NCBI GenBank assembly: GCA_045606185.1
Contig: JAZURN010000047.1
Location: 15,645 to 79,644, forward strand
DNA length: 64,000 nt
Direction of reading: 5' to 3'
From: Ructibacterium sp.
GTDB lineage: Bacteria > Bacillota > Clostridia > Monoglobales > Monoglobaceae
Shown here piece after piece: positions 1-11,000 of this stretch (positions are counted from its first letter, which is position 1; the number at the start of each line of letters is the position of its first letter). The position numbers and the translations under genes are program-made. Below the pieces are notes generated by a model. The model was not told the origin of the DNA, made no database searches, and saw only the letters and a program-made list of their open reading frames with translations.

Positions 1-531
1 AGGAATTCCATTTTTAAATCCAAAGGAAATCAAATGCAGCATCATTCCGGCAAAAGACTGAGTTTGTCCATAAGTAGCAATAATCACTTCTTTTAACTGA
101 CCTGTAGACAAAAGCGAAGTGTCAATAATGTGGGTTGCTTTTTTTCGAAGCCCCTCTAACAACTCCCGTTCCTGAACGATTCCGTCCGGAACCCGACCGC
201 CAATGGCAAGGGGATGCTCCCTTCTTGTTTCCTTATAGCGTTTCAATAGAACTTCATCGCTTGCCTCCAAAAAGAGAATCTCATATTCATAGCCAAATTC
301 GGCTAGTTTTTCCAGATTACCGGCAAGCTCTCCAAAAAGTTTCCCTCCACGGATATCGCAAACAATCGCCACCATTTTTTCGGCATTTTCCGCTCGTGAG
401 TATATTTCTGCAAATTTAGGAATCAATTCCGGCGGCATATTATCCACACAGTAGCAACCCAAATCTTCCAGGGCATTCACTGTTTGAGTTTTTCCAGCAC
501 CACTCATACCAGTTATAATTAAAATTTTCAT
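1..531 (-). CDS. rapZ: RNase adapter RapZ/YvcJ P-loop protein (partial, runs off window start)
   Basis: Manual translation from ATG at 531: [33 protein letters not shown]-like N-terminus with Walker A; RBS GAGG upstream; not in the ORF track because it is truncated. Confidence 0.9.
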   Translation of the reverse strand, partial: [177 protein letters not shown]

Positions 532-557
532 CTGTACTTCCTCATTGTCTTCAAAAC

Positions 558-1472
558 CTAAAATTCTCCAACAAATCGCACTTCCGGCTCCAGCATCACG
601 CCATATGCCTGATAGACACGATTCTGAACCTCCTCCATCAACTGACGGACATCCTTCGCTGTTGCCCCTTGATCGTTTACAACAAAGCCGGCATGTTTAT
701 CAGACACAGCTGCTCCACCAATCCGGAAACCCATCAATCCCGCATCCTGAATCAACTTTCCCGCAAAATGTCCTTCCGGACGCTTAAATGTGCTTCCGGC
801 ACTGGGTAGATGCAACGGCTGTTTTGATACCCGCCTCTGAGCGAGATCATCCATTTTCTCTCGAATTTCTTTTTTGTTCCCTTGTTCCAGTTTCACGGTA
901 GCGTCAAGAACAATCAATTCCGGATTTTTGGAAAAGATACTGGTTCGGTAACCAAAGCAACACTCCTCATGGGTTGCCGTCTTTACATGTCCCTCTGCAT
1001 CCAGATAGGTAACTTCTTCCACAACCTGGGACATTTCCCCATCATACGCACCTGCATTCATAAAAAGGGCACCGCCAAAGCTACCCGGAATTCCGGCAGC
1101 AAATTCAAGGCCGGTCAAGCCATTTTCCAATGCCACGCCGGCAAGTCGGGAAAGCTTGATGCCAGCTTGGGCTTTCAAAGAATTACCCATGACTTCACAT
1201 TCGGCAAAACAATTCCCCAACTGAATCACTGCTCCACGAATTCCGCCATCGCCTACCAAGACGTTGGAGCCATTCCCCAAAACGAGATAGGGTATCTCCA
1301 ATTGCCGAAGCAAACGGCAAAGTTCCGCAATCTCCTCTACCCGTCCCGGGGTCAAAAACAAATCTGCCGGACCGCCAATCCGAAAGGTGGTGTGTTTGCT
1401 CATAGGTTCGTCAATGGCTACCATGGATTCATCCAAAATTTCCAAAACTGAACGAATGATGGATTCCTGCAT
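558..1472 (-). CDS. murB: UDP-N-acetylenolpyruvoylglucosamine reductase
   Basis: HTTFRIGGPAD, LGNGSNVL, GIPGSFGGALFMNAGAY, PSAGSTFKRP, LEPEV motifs. Confidence 0.96.
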   Translation of the reverse strand: MQESIIRSVLEILDESMVAIDEPMSKHTTFRIGGPADLFLTPGRVEEIAELCRLLRQLEIPYLVLGNGSNVLVGDGGIRGAVIQLGNCFAECEVMGNSLKAQAGIKLSRLAGVALENGLTGLEFAAGIPGSFGGALFMNAGAYDGEMSQVVEEVTYLDAEGHVKTATHEECCFGYRTSIFSKNPELIVLDATVKLEQGNKKEIREKMDDLAQRRVSKQPLHLPSAGSTFKRPEGHFAGKLIQDAGLMGFRIGGAAVSDKHAGFVVNDQGATAKDVRQLMEEVQNRVYQAYGVMLEPEVRFVGEF

Positions 1473-2197
1473 TATACCGCTTCCCTTCCCTTGCGAAATT
1501 CATCCAGATATGCAGAAAACCGTTCTGCATTTAGATTCATAATCAGTTTCTCCGGAAAGTCAATCTCTTCCAGAATCTTAATGGCGTGGTTAAATACACC
1601 TACCTGAAAACAACTGTGGGCGTCAGAGCTAACCACAATTCTCGCTCCGAGTTTCTTGCAGGTTTCAGCAATTGCCTTACAGTTTTCATAACACCCTTTG
1701 CGAACCGCAAAGGAATGATTGTTAATCTCGATACATTTATTGGCATCTTTTGCTGCCGCAATGACCGTTTCGTAATCATACGGGAAGGACGGATGACCGC
1801 TATGCCCCAGAATGTGTACATAAGGATTTTTAATTACATTCAGCCACGTCCGGGTATGCTCTTCCTTGGTTCTTGGCGGAAAACAGGGCGGATGCATGGA
1901 TGCAATTACCACCTCCATCTCGGGGAGCATATGGCTTGGCATATCCAGATTCCCATTGGTATCCAGGACATTTGCCTCCACACCCTTCAAAAGACGAACC
2001 CCATCAACTTCTTTGGGTAGCTCTTCCATGGTACAAAAATGCCAGATATGAGCACCATCAGGAATTGCAGGTGCATGGTTGGTCATACAGAGCATTTGGA
2101 GTCCTTGTTTCTTTGCGTAGGTCAGGTTTTCTAATAAGGTACTGAAAACATGATCGCTACAGTTGGTGTGGGTATGAGTATCCACTAAAATCTTCAT
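1472..2197 (-). CDS. PHP-family phosphatase (YcdX-like)
   Basis: DTHTHT, TNHAP, GVEAN, ILGHSG, EINN, SSDAH metal-binding motifs. Confidence 0.88.
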   Translation of the reverse strand: MKILVDTHTHTNCSDHVFSTLLENLTYAKKQGLQMLCMTNHAPAIPDGAHIWHFCTMEELPKEVDGVRLLKGVEANVLDTNGNLDMPSHMLPEMEVVIASMHPPCFPPRTKEEHTRTWLNVIKNPYVHILGHSGHPSFPYDYETVIAAAKDANKCIEINNHSFAVRKGCYENCKAIAETCKKLGARIVVSSDAHSCFQVGVFNHAIKILEEIDFPEKLIMNLNAERFSAYLDEFRKGREAV

Positions 2198-2222
2198 TTC
2201 ATTCCTCCGTTGTTGTCATTTC

Positions 2223-3158
2223 TTACTCTTCGGCAAAGGCATCTCCCATATGCTCGGTAATTCTGCGATTGAGTTCCTCTGCTGCATTGTAGCCAAGTTT
2301 TTTTTGCCGATTGTTCATGGCGGCTACCTCGAAAATAACTGCCAGATTTCGTCCGGGGCGCACCGGAATGGTCAAGGATGGAATATCCAGCCCTAAAATA
2401 TTGGTGTATTCGTCCGCAAGTCCAAGGCGGTCGTATTGCTTCCCTTGCTCCCATGCTTCCAGATGAATAATCAAATCAATCTTTTCTGAATCCTTTACAG
2501 CACCCATACCAAAGATATTCTTGACATCCACAATACCGATACCTCGAATCTCGATAAAGTGACGAATGATATCAGGTGCAAAGCCAACCAGGGATTTTGC
2601 AGAAACTCTCTTAATCTCTACCGCATCATCTGCGACCAAACGGTGTCCACGCTTGATGAGTTCTACTGCGGCTTCGCTTTTACCGACACCACTGTCTCCC
2701 ATAATGAGCAATCCCTGTCCGTAAACCTCTACCAAAACCCCATGTCGGGTAATTCTGGGGGCAAGTTCAACATTTAAAAATGCATTTAAGGCACTGGTAA
2801 AATACGAGGTTGCATAATGCGAGCGAAGAACCGGTGTATCATATTTTTTGGCAAGCTGCATCATTTCCGGCGTCGCCTCTCCGTTTCGAGTCAAAACAAC
2901 GGCGGTAATCTCCTTTTCAAACAAAGGCTTTAACCGATTATATTGTTCCTCCGGAGAGAACTTAGAAAGATAGGTGGTTTCCACCTTGCCAAAAACCTGA
3001 ATCCGTTTGGGATCAAAATAATCAAAAAAACCGCTGATCTGAAGTCCAGGACGGTTTAAATCCGCCGTTTCCACTAGAATTTCCCGTTCCGGATAATAAA
3101 GCTTTTCTAGCTTCATTTCTTCTACAACCTTTTCTAGTTTTACGTTGAATTTTTCCAT
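2223..3158 (-). CDS. hprK: HPr(Ser) kinase/phosphorylase
   Basis: NRPGLQ, HGVLVEVYG, GDSGVGKSE, RGHRLVADD, EIRGIGI, PVRPGRN; start placed at ATG 3158 behind GAGGTG. Confidence 0.96.
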   Translation of the reverse strand: MEKFNVKLEKVVEEMKLEKLYYPEREILVETADLNRPGLQISGFFDYFDPKRIQVFGKVETTYLSKFSPEEQYNRLKPLFEKEITAVVLTRNGEATPEMMQLAKKYDTPVLRSHYATSYFTSALNAFLNVELAPRITRHGVLVEVYGQGLLIMGDSGVGKSEAAVELIKRGHRLVADDAVEIKRVSAKSLVGFAPDIIRHFIEIRGIGIVDVKNIFGMGAVKDSEKIDLIIHLEAWEQGKQYDRLGLADEYTNILGLDIPSLTIPVRPGRNLAVIFEVAAMNNRQKKLGYNAAEELNRRITEHMGDAFAEE

Positions 3159-3223
3159 AGTATGCACCTCTTTGGGATAAAATCATACCGCGCTGCGGTT
3201 TTAGTTCACAATTTTCCTTCTAT

Positions 3224-3252
3224 ATTATACTATGATGCAACCCTATTTGCAA
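3224..3252 (-). promoter_or_regulatory. sigmaA promoter for the hprK operon
   Basis: TTGCAA-N17-TATAAT on the minus strand. Confidence 0.7.
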
Positions 3253-3312
3253 GGAAAATTCCTCTTTTTCAAGGGTATTTTTCGAAAAATATAAATTTTT
3301 TGAAAAAAATGC

Positions 3313-3341
3313 TTGCATTCTTATTTACTTTCTGGTATAAT
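3313..3341 (+). promoter_or_regulatory. sigmaA promoter for rpmB
   Basis: TTGCAT-N17-TATAAT with extended -10 TG. Confidence 0.75.
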
Positions 3342-3387
3342 AACTCGAGTTGAGATTAGTTTAATGCTGTTAAGGAGGTGTATCTAT

Positions 3388-3576
3388 ATGGCAAAGTGTG
3401 AGGTTTGCGGAAAGGGCGTAACTTTTGGTATCAAGGTTTCCCACTCTCATCGTCGGGCAAACAAGGCTTGGAAGCCCAACATCAGACGAGTAAGAGCAAT
3501 CGTGGACGGTACTCCCAAAAAGGTGTATGTTTGCACCAGATGCTTAAGATCGGGCAAGGTTAACCGTGCTGTATAG
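3388..3576 (+). CDS. rpmB: 50S ribosomal protein L28
   Basis: MAKCEVCGKGVTFGIKVSHSHRRANKAWKPN...VCTRCLRSGKV; RBS AAGGAGGTG. Confidence 0.97.
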   Translation: MAKCEVCGKGVTFGIKVSHSHRRANKAWKPNIRRVRAIVDGTPKKVYVCTRCLRSGKVNRAV

Positions 3577-3634
3577 TATTGCACACTTTTCGGTATCGCA
3601 AAACAATTTTTGTTTTGCATTTGATATTGGACTT

Positions 3635-3672
3635 AAATACGGTATCGTATTCATACGATACCGTATTTTTTT
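3635..3672 (+). terminator. Rho-independent terminator after rpmB
   Basis: AAATACGGTATCGTAT-TC-ATACGATACCGTATTT followed by a T run. Confidence 0.8.
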
Positions 3673-3686
3673 ATTCTTATTCTTTG

Positions 3687-3716
3687 TCATAACTGAAACA
3701 AGCACACAATATAAAT
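3687..3716 (+). promoter_or_regulatory. Putative sigmaE promoter of spoIVA
   Basis: TCATAAC-N14-AATATAAAT; resembles the sigmaE consensus (ZHATAXX-N14-CATACAHT) with an imperfect -10; spoIVA is sigmaE-dependent in B. subtilis and C. difficile. Confidence 0.5.
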
Positions 3717-3751
3717 GTACAAAAAGAAGTCCCATATCAAGGAGGATGTTT

Positions 3752-4962
3752 ATGGATAGCTACAATAATATTTACCGGGATATTGCCACGAGGACCCAAG
3801 GGGATATCTACATCGGGGTTGTGGGTCCGGTTCGTACAGGAAAATCTACTTTTATTAAAAACTTTATGGACTTGATTGTTTTGCCGAAGATGGAAAATGA
3901 TTTTAAGCGCTCCCGTGCCTTGGACGAACTTCCTCAAAGTGCAGGAGGCAGAACCATCATGACCACCGAGCCAAAGTTTATTCCCAATGAGGCGGTGGAA
4001 ATTTCCGCTGGGGATTCGGCGAGTTTCAAGGTCCGATTGATTGACTGTGTCGGCTACATTGTCGACGGTGCCCGGGGTTACATCGAGGACGAAATGCCAA
4101 GAATGGTCATGAGCCCCTGGGCAGATACTCCCATTCCTTTCTCGGATGCCGCCGAAATCGGAACCAGAAAGGTCATTGCCGATCACTCCACCGTAGGAAT
4201 TGTTGTTACCACTGACGGCAGTATAACTGAAATTGACCGCAGAGATTATCTGGATGCCGAAGAACGGGTTATCCGGGAACTTCAAGAACTAAACAAACCC
4301 TTTATCGTGATTATGAACTGCGTTGCTCCTCATTCCAAAGAAGCAATGGACGCCTGCCATAGCTTACGGGAAAAATACGGAGTAACAGTGGTTCCTCTCA
4401 ACTGTATGACCATGACCGAGGCTGACCTAAACAGTGTCATGGAACAAATTCTCTATGAATTTCCCGTAAAGGAAGTGAGAATTCAAATTCCTGAATGGAT
4501 TCTCTCATTGGGAGAGGAAAATCCCATTCAGGCAGGAATCCAAGGCACCGTCTTTGATACCGCAGAAAATGTTGCAAAGATTTCGGATGTTATGCATCTT
4601 CCTGAAATTCTCTCAAACGCAGATTACATTGACGTTGCAAAAATTGAAAAAATGGATGCTGGACAGGGCATTGCCTTTCTATCCCTGTCTGTGCCGGAGG
4701 CTCTCTTTTATCAAACCGTTGAGGAGAAAACCGGGTTTTCTATCGCAGATAAAAACGCTTTGCTTGCCGAGCTGCAAACTCTATCGTCCATGAAGAAGGA
4801 ATACGATAAAATTTCATCTGCCCTTCAGGCAGTAAAACAAAAAGGCTACGGAATTGTGACACCCTCCATGGATGAGCTTACCTTGGAAGAGCCGGAAATT
4901 GTTAAACAAGGAAGTCGTTTTGGCGTTCGGTTAAAAGCAAGTGCTCCATCTATACATATGAT
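3752..4962 (+). CDS. spoIVA: Stage IV sporulation protein A, 5' part (codons 1-403), interrupted by an intervening element
   Basis: IYIGVVGPVRTGKSTFIK, DELPQSAGGRTIMTTEPKFIP, LIDCVGY, TTDGSI, GVRLKASAPSIHM; RBS AGGAGG at 3740-3745; SpoIVA similarity stops at the core repeat and the ORF runs on in unrelated sequence to 5134. Confidence 0.97.
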
Positions 4963-4983
4963 GCACTACAAACAGAGGTCTTT
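4952..4983. repeat. attL: core ATACATATGAT (4952-4962) plus arm CTACAAACAGAGGT (4966-4979)
   Basis: Core identical to 20184-20194; arm is the perfect reverse complement of 20164-20177. Confidence 0.92.
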
Positions 4984-5006
4984 GAAAACATTTAGCAATC
5001 AAACTT

Positions 5007-5047
5007 ACAAAAAGGGGTTGTATCCATTAGGATACAAGCCCTTTTGT
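5007..5047. terminator. Bidirectional terminator at the left end of the element
   Basis: ACAAAAAGGGGTTGTATCC-ATTA-GGATACAAGCCCTTTTGT, with A and T runs on both sides. Confidence 0.75.
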
Positions 5048-5078
5048 TCTGCAATGTTCTGTGTCAAAAGGATTCTTT

Positions 5079-8000
5079 TTATCTTTTGCGAGGAGTCAAC
5101 CAAGGCAAGAGCTTTTCAAAAGAAGACCAAGTGAATATTTTATAGCTATTCCACGACGTGTCAAATGTAAAGACCTCTTCGTTCGACATTCCGCTTTCCA
5201 GATCTGTCACAGATCTCATTTGAATACCAATTAAAACATTCTTATCATTATACACTGCACAAATCACATCAAAGGAAGCATTCCCCGTCAGATTGTTGGT
5301 GTGTTCAACACTGATCGTGTTTCCATTGACTGTAACATTGGACAATACCAGTTCCTCGGGAATTACTTGATTAACACTTTCTGTATATTCCGCAGTAAAG
5401 GTAATGTCTCCAGTAATTGTCATTCCGGGGGTAAATCCAACCCATTCGGCAAAGGTATAGGTGTATTCTGCTGTTGCCTCCTTTTGCGGGATTTCCTCAG
5501 GAGCCACAATTGTCGTTCCGTAATCCACCGTTGCTTCCTTGATTACCGTTCCGTCATCATTGACAAACCGATAGGTATACCGGCTAGCTCTTTCTGTATA
5601 TTCCGCAGTAAAGGTAACATCCTCCGTTACCAACATTCCTGCGCTATATCCTTTCCAATCAGCAAAGGTATAGCTATGCTCTGCCGTTGATGCCTTCTCC
5701 GGATTTTTATCAGGAGCCACAATTACCGTTCCATAATCTACCGTTTCCTTCTTCAATTCCCTTCCGTCTTCGTCAACAAAACGGTAGGTATATTGCCGAA
5801 CCTTCGGTGTATATTCTGCAGTAAATGTAATATCTCCAGTTAACATCATTCCGTCAGTGTATCCGCTCCAGCCGGCAAAAGTATAGGTAAATTGTGTTGT
5901 GGATGCCTTTTCCGGGTTTTCAGTAGGAGCCTCGACTGCTGTTCCACAATCAACCGTTGCTTCCTTCAGTACCGTTCCGTCTTCGTCAACAAAACGATAG
6001 GTGGCTTTTCCTTCTGCAACCAGCCCTGCAGAATAATCCTCCATGGGAATATCTGCGTAGGATTTAGCTTCAGAAATGTTAACCGTATGCTCTACTCCTC
6101 CGGACAGTGGAGCTTGGAATTTAAATTTAAATTCCTTTGCCAGGATGTTACCTTCCAAATCCTTTTTCGTTTTGTCATATTCCAGGGTATAGGATGCATC
6201 TCCTACCGAAACATTGGTAATACTTTCCGGCTTCATATACTTATCAAAGACAACCGTCAATGCTCCCGTAGTCAAAGAGGCAGATTCAACCTTCGGTGCC
6301 GCTGTGGATACCAGCTCTACGTTGACATCCGTCTGCGGAGGCGGAACCGGCAACCAGTCACTGTATGTCGGTTCATAGCCTTCCTTTTCGTATTTAACCT
6401 GCCAGTACCCTGTTGGAACATCCCACGCATACATACCATTCGCATCAGTTAACAAGGGGTTTTTCTGATCATTATACTCAGATGCCTCCCAAAGCTTAAC
6501 GAGGGACGGGTCTAAGCTTTCAGCATCCGGACTGCCATCAGCTTTTATAGGCATTTCTTCAAGTTCGACATAGAATATGGTAGCAGTAACACCCTCTAAA
6601 CGATTGTCCGTTACGCCCTCATATACATAACCGCTGGGGTCAAGCACCCACTTTACTTTACATTCCAAACCGATTCTGTAGATGTTCAGTAATCTCAAAT
6701 CTCTAAAGTACTCCACATCTTCTTCAATCAAAGCAAGAATGTATTCCAGGATTTGACTGGGTGCAGACAACTCTTCCACACTTGATGCAGATAGAACCGT
6801 TGCCATCAAAATAAACATCTGTTTTTTCAGTTCCATCATTTCTGCTTTTTCATTGCCTACTTCGATGGTTTCCGGCGAAATTCCTGCTAATTGCAAACCT
6901 TCGTTAATTTCTTCAATGTTAAAATTAAGATTATATGCATTGGAAATTCTGCCTGCATATTCCTCTGTCCGGTTTAGAATTTCCAAAACTGACAGCGGGG
7001 TTTCTCCACCATCGGCATCAGCAGAAACAAAACTTATTTGATAGGTTATCTCTTTGCCTCCGGTCATGTCATGAATCACTACAGAAGCACCATCAATACT
7101 CCGAAGGTCGAAGGAAATGACAGATTGATTTCCACCCCTCTTAAGCGGGTATGCATAATAGTTTGACTCATCAAGACACAACGCTTCAACACTTACTCCC
7201 GTATAATCCCGTTCTACAGTTTCTACGTTAAGAGCAATGCTGCTACCGAATAGTTCTCGCAGAGCATCTGCTACAGCAACCTCGGCACTAAAGGATGTGG
7301 ATGTATAATCTGTGATGGACGGCGCAAAAGCGTCACTTTCGAAATCAAAGTATGCATCAAAATCTGAAAGATTTGCACTCGCTGCCTCCGCCTTCTTGGT
7401 GTATTCAACCGTCAACACACCCGGCATGTAGTTCCAATCATTTGCAAAATAGCCAGATGTAACATAACGATTTCTTCTGCTATCCCATACCGCTTCCAGA
7501 TATTCCTTCTTGTTATCCTTAAAGCTTACCACATAAACCTTATCAACGTTTTCTCTCTGGGAAAGATTTACCTCAAAGTAATACTCGTATCCCTTTCCGT
7601 GATTTCGTACCGCACCCGGGTTTCCCCACTGTACAACAGGTCTGTTAACCCCGCCATTTGCAGAATACAAAGTATAGTTTTTCTTAGAGCTTCCTATCCT
7701 GCCATAATAGTACGTCAAGCTTTCAAGGTTCGGTGTGTTGGCAACGTATTGTACAATAGCATCCGCCGTGGAAACCGCCCCGCCATTGCCAATAACCTCT
7801 GCCGTAATTTTATATTCACGATAGTTCTCAGGTTCGTTGATTTCTACCGTGGTTTTATACTTACCACTCATGGTAGAGCGAACAGTTTTCTGATAGTTTC
7901 CGTCAATAGAAAGTTTAACATCTGTATATGGAATTGCCGACCCTTCTACGACTACACTAGGCTTACCGGTTGTGCTAGCTGCATTGATGGTAACATCCGG

Positions 8001-11000
8001 CATTGCCAAGTGGACTTGACCGATTTGCTTCGTTACCGTTCTGCCAAGTTGACTCATTGACATTGTCGCAGAGGTTGAAAAACTTCCATATTGCATCGGC
8101 TTGATACAGAAGGTTAGAACACCACTGTTTTTCTCTAACTCAATAACAATTTCATTGTAATACCGGGTCCATTTATCCTTGGCTTCAGCCTCGGTATAGT
8201 TATTGTAAAGTTCTCCATCAAGTTTCATGGAACCGGGAACCAAATAGGTATTCTCCGGCAAATTAACCGTAATTTTTTTATCAGTTATCAAGCTTCCCTC
8301 AACTTCATATTCAATCTGCATCGGGAAGTAACCTACGGTATCCTCGCTCAATACCTTGTAAGAGGCAGTCCACTCTGTAGAACTGTTCAACTTATCACAG
8401 CGATAGAAAACATTATAACCGAATACGCATAACGGATTACCAATCTGAACATCACTTAAGTTAGTACAATATGCAAATCCATAATCTTTTACGTGATTTA
8501 CACTGTCAGGAATCATGAGATTCTCTAATGATGTACAATATGCAAATGCATATCGGCCGATAATTCTTACATTGGTCCCCAAATCCAATTCGTCTAAATT
8601 GGAACACTTGTAGAATGCGTAATCCCCAAGCGAGATAACGCTATTGGGAATTGTTACACTTTCTAATGAGTTACAGAAGTAAAATGCACCTTGGTCAATG
8701 TATTGCAATCCATTGCCCAACGTAAGCTGCTCTAAACCTCTACATTGTTGAAATGCATATCTTTCTATTTGGGTAACACTATCAGGTATTGTTATGGATT
8801 TTAACGAGGTACAATTATAAAAGGCTGACTGACCTATCTTCGTTATCCCACTACCCAAATCAATATTCTCTAATTTGGAACAACCTTCAAAAGCATAAGC
8901 GTTAATAGATTTCACACTATCCGGAATTGTTATCTGTTCAAGGGAGGCGCAATAATCAAATGCATATTGACCGATTCTTCTTATGCTGGAACCTAAATTG
9001 ACGTTCTTTAACGAAGAACAATACCGGAATGTATAATCCTGGATTTCTGTAACACCGCTGGGTATGGTAATACTTTTTAGAGAGCTACACTGTGAAAATG
9101 CCAATTCCTCAATGGTTTTCAATCCTGTCCCCAAGGATACTGTCTTTAATTGATTGCATCCCAAAAAGGCAGAGTTTCCTATTTTGTTTACAGAATTAGG
9201 AATAACAATGCTCTCCAAAGAAGTACAACGAGAAAATGCATTATTCCCAATGGTTGTGATACCTTCTCCAAGCACTACCTGTTTTAACCTGGAGCAATCG
9301 CTAAAGGCATTCCCAAGGTGAGGAATTCTACCGGAAATCTTAACGGATTCTAAAGTAGAACAGTTGGAAAAAGCACCATTGCCAATTGACTGCAAACCAT
9401 TTCCAAGGTCAACCTTGCTCAGACTTCTGCAGTAACGAAAACTATCACTCCCAATGGTTTTCATAGAATCAGGAAGCTTAATTTCCTTCAGCATACTACA
9501 ATAGTAAAACGCACTGGAACCTATAGACTGCAAACCGGAACCAAAGTTAATATTGTTAAGCATCCCACAGGAATAGAAGGCGTAGTCCCCTATTTGAGTA
9601 ACACTGTTGGGTATTCTTATACTCTTTAATGAAGAACAACAATAAAAGGCACCGTATCCAATTGTTTTCAAGCCTTCCGCTAAGGATACTTGCTCTAATG
9701 CAGTACAACCTTCAAATGCATAATTACCGATTGCGGTCACAGAAGACGGAATCTCAATCGTCTTAAGCGAACTACAATTATAAAAAGCTTGATATCCAAT
9801 GGCTTTTATTCTGGAACCAAGTTTTACCTTCTTTAACTTAGTACATCCGGAAAAAGCGCTACTTCCAAGAGTTTCCACCCCGTTTGGAATGTTGATTTCT
9901 TCCAAATTATTGCAGTAGTAAAACGCACTGTCAGAAATCTCTGTTGCCGAGGAAGGCAGCACTATCTTTTTAACCGGCGAAAAACCTACACCGGAAGGAA
10001 TTTTTTTGATCCCTTCAGCAAAGGTAATGGTATCCAGTTTGTTACAGCTATTGAACCAATACCGACCATTGTTTGTTACAGTCGAAGGAATCGTCATTTT
10101 TATCAAGGACGAACAGCAGGTAAACGCATAATCTCCAATATATTGGATTCCTTCGTGAAGACTGATGTTGGCAAGACTGCTACATCCGTAAAAAGCATAT
10201 CTGTCAATTTTCGTGACAGTTTCCGGAACTTCAACCTTGGTAATATAATTACAATTATAGAATGCACTGTCACCAATTGCTTTAACAGGAATACCACCGA
10301 TGGTAAGCGGAATGATTACTTCCGCATCCGGACCGATATACTTTGTAATGGTTCCTGTTTCTTTGTTGAATTTAAAATATTCTTCGCTGGTGTATTTCGG
10401 TTCTACCACAATCTCACAACGAACACTATAAGCTAAACTATCCTCTGAATTAACCGAAGCAATAATAACCGCTTTGCCTCGTTCAACTGCGGTTACAACA
10501 CCGTTTTCGACAACAGCAATCTTTGGATTGGAAGAAGTCCAAACCAGTGCATCCATAAATTCCTGAGGAACACTCAACGCTCCCCTCAAATCCATGGTTT
10601 CGCCTTGGATTAGCGGGAATGTACCACTCTGATTATCGTTATCGCTTTTGGTTACGATAACCTGGACAGACGCTGCATAAGTTGCCCCATCCTTGAAAAC
10701 AACAGCAGTAATAATTGCTTCGCCCTCAGAAATTGCCGTCATCTTTGTTTTGTCAACTGTAGCTACAGTTGGATTGGAAGAAGAAACTACAAGGGTCTCA
10801 AGAAGTACATCGTTCCCCTGAAGGTCAACAAAATCTTCAAGATAATATGTAACACCGACCTTGGCGTGGAACTGCTTCTCCAATTCTCCTACCAGAAAAT
10901 TAATGGGAACTTCATTGAGTTTTTCATTAAAAATGCCCTTTTCAACCATTTCCCAGTTAAAGCTGGTTCCATCAAAATAAATTTCCTTCAGGGAATCAAA

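Noticed and set aside
3566-5134. 522-aa ORF as a complete spoIVA
   Set aside because: The first 62 codons precede the RBS-supported ATG at 3752 and cross the rpmB terminator. The tail after codon 403 is element sequence, and the real C-terminus is at 20184-20465.
8380-10270. CRISPR array or DGR in the repetitive LRR region
   Set aside because: The repeats are degenerate, in-frame coding repeats. There is no constant repeat with unique spacers, and no cas or reverse transcriptase gene in the window.
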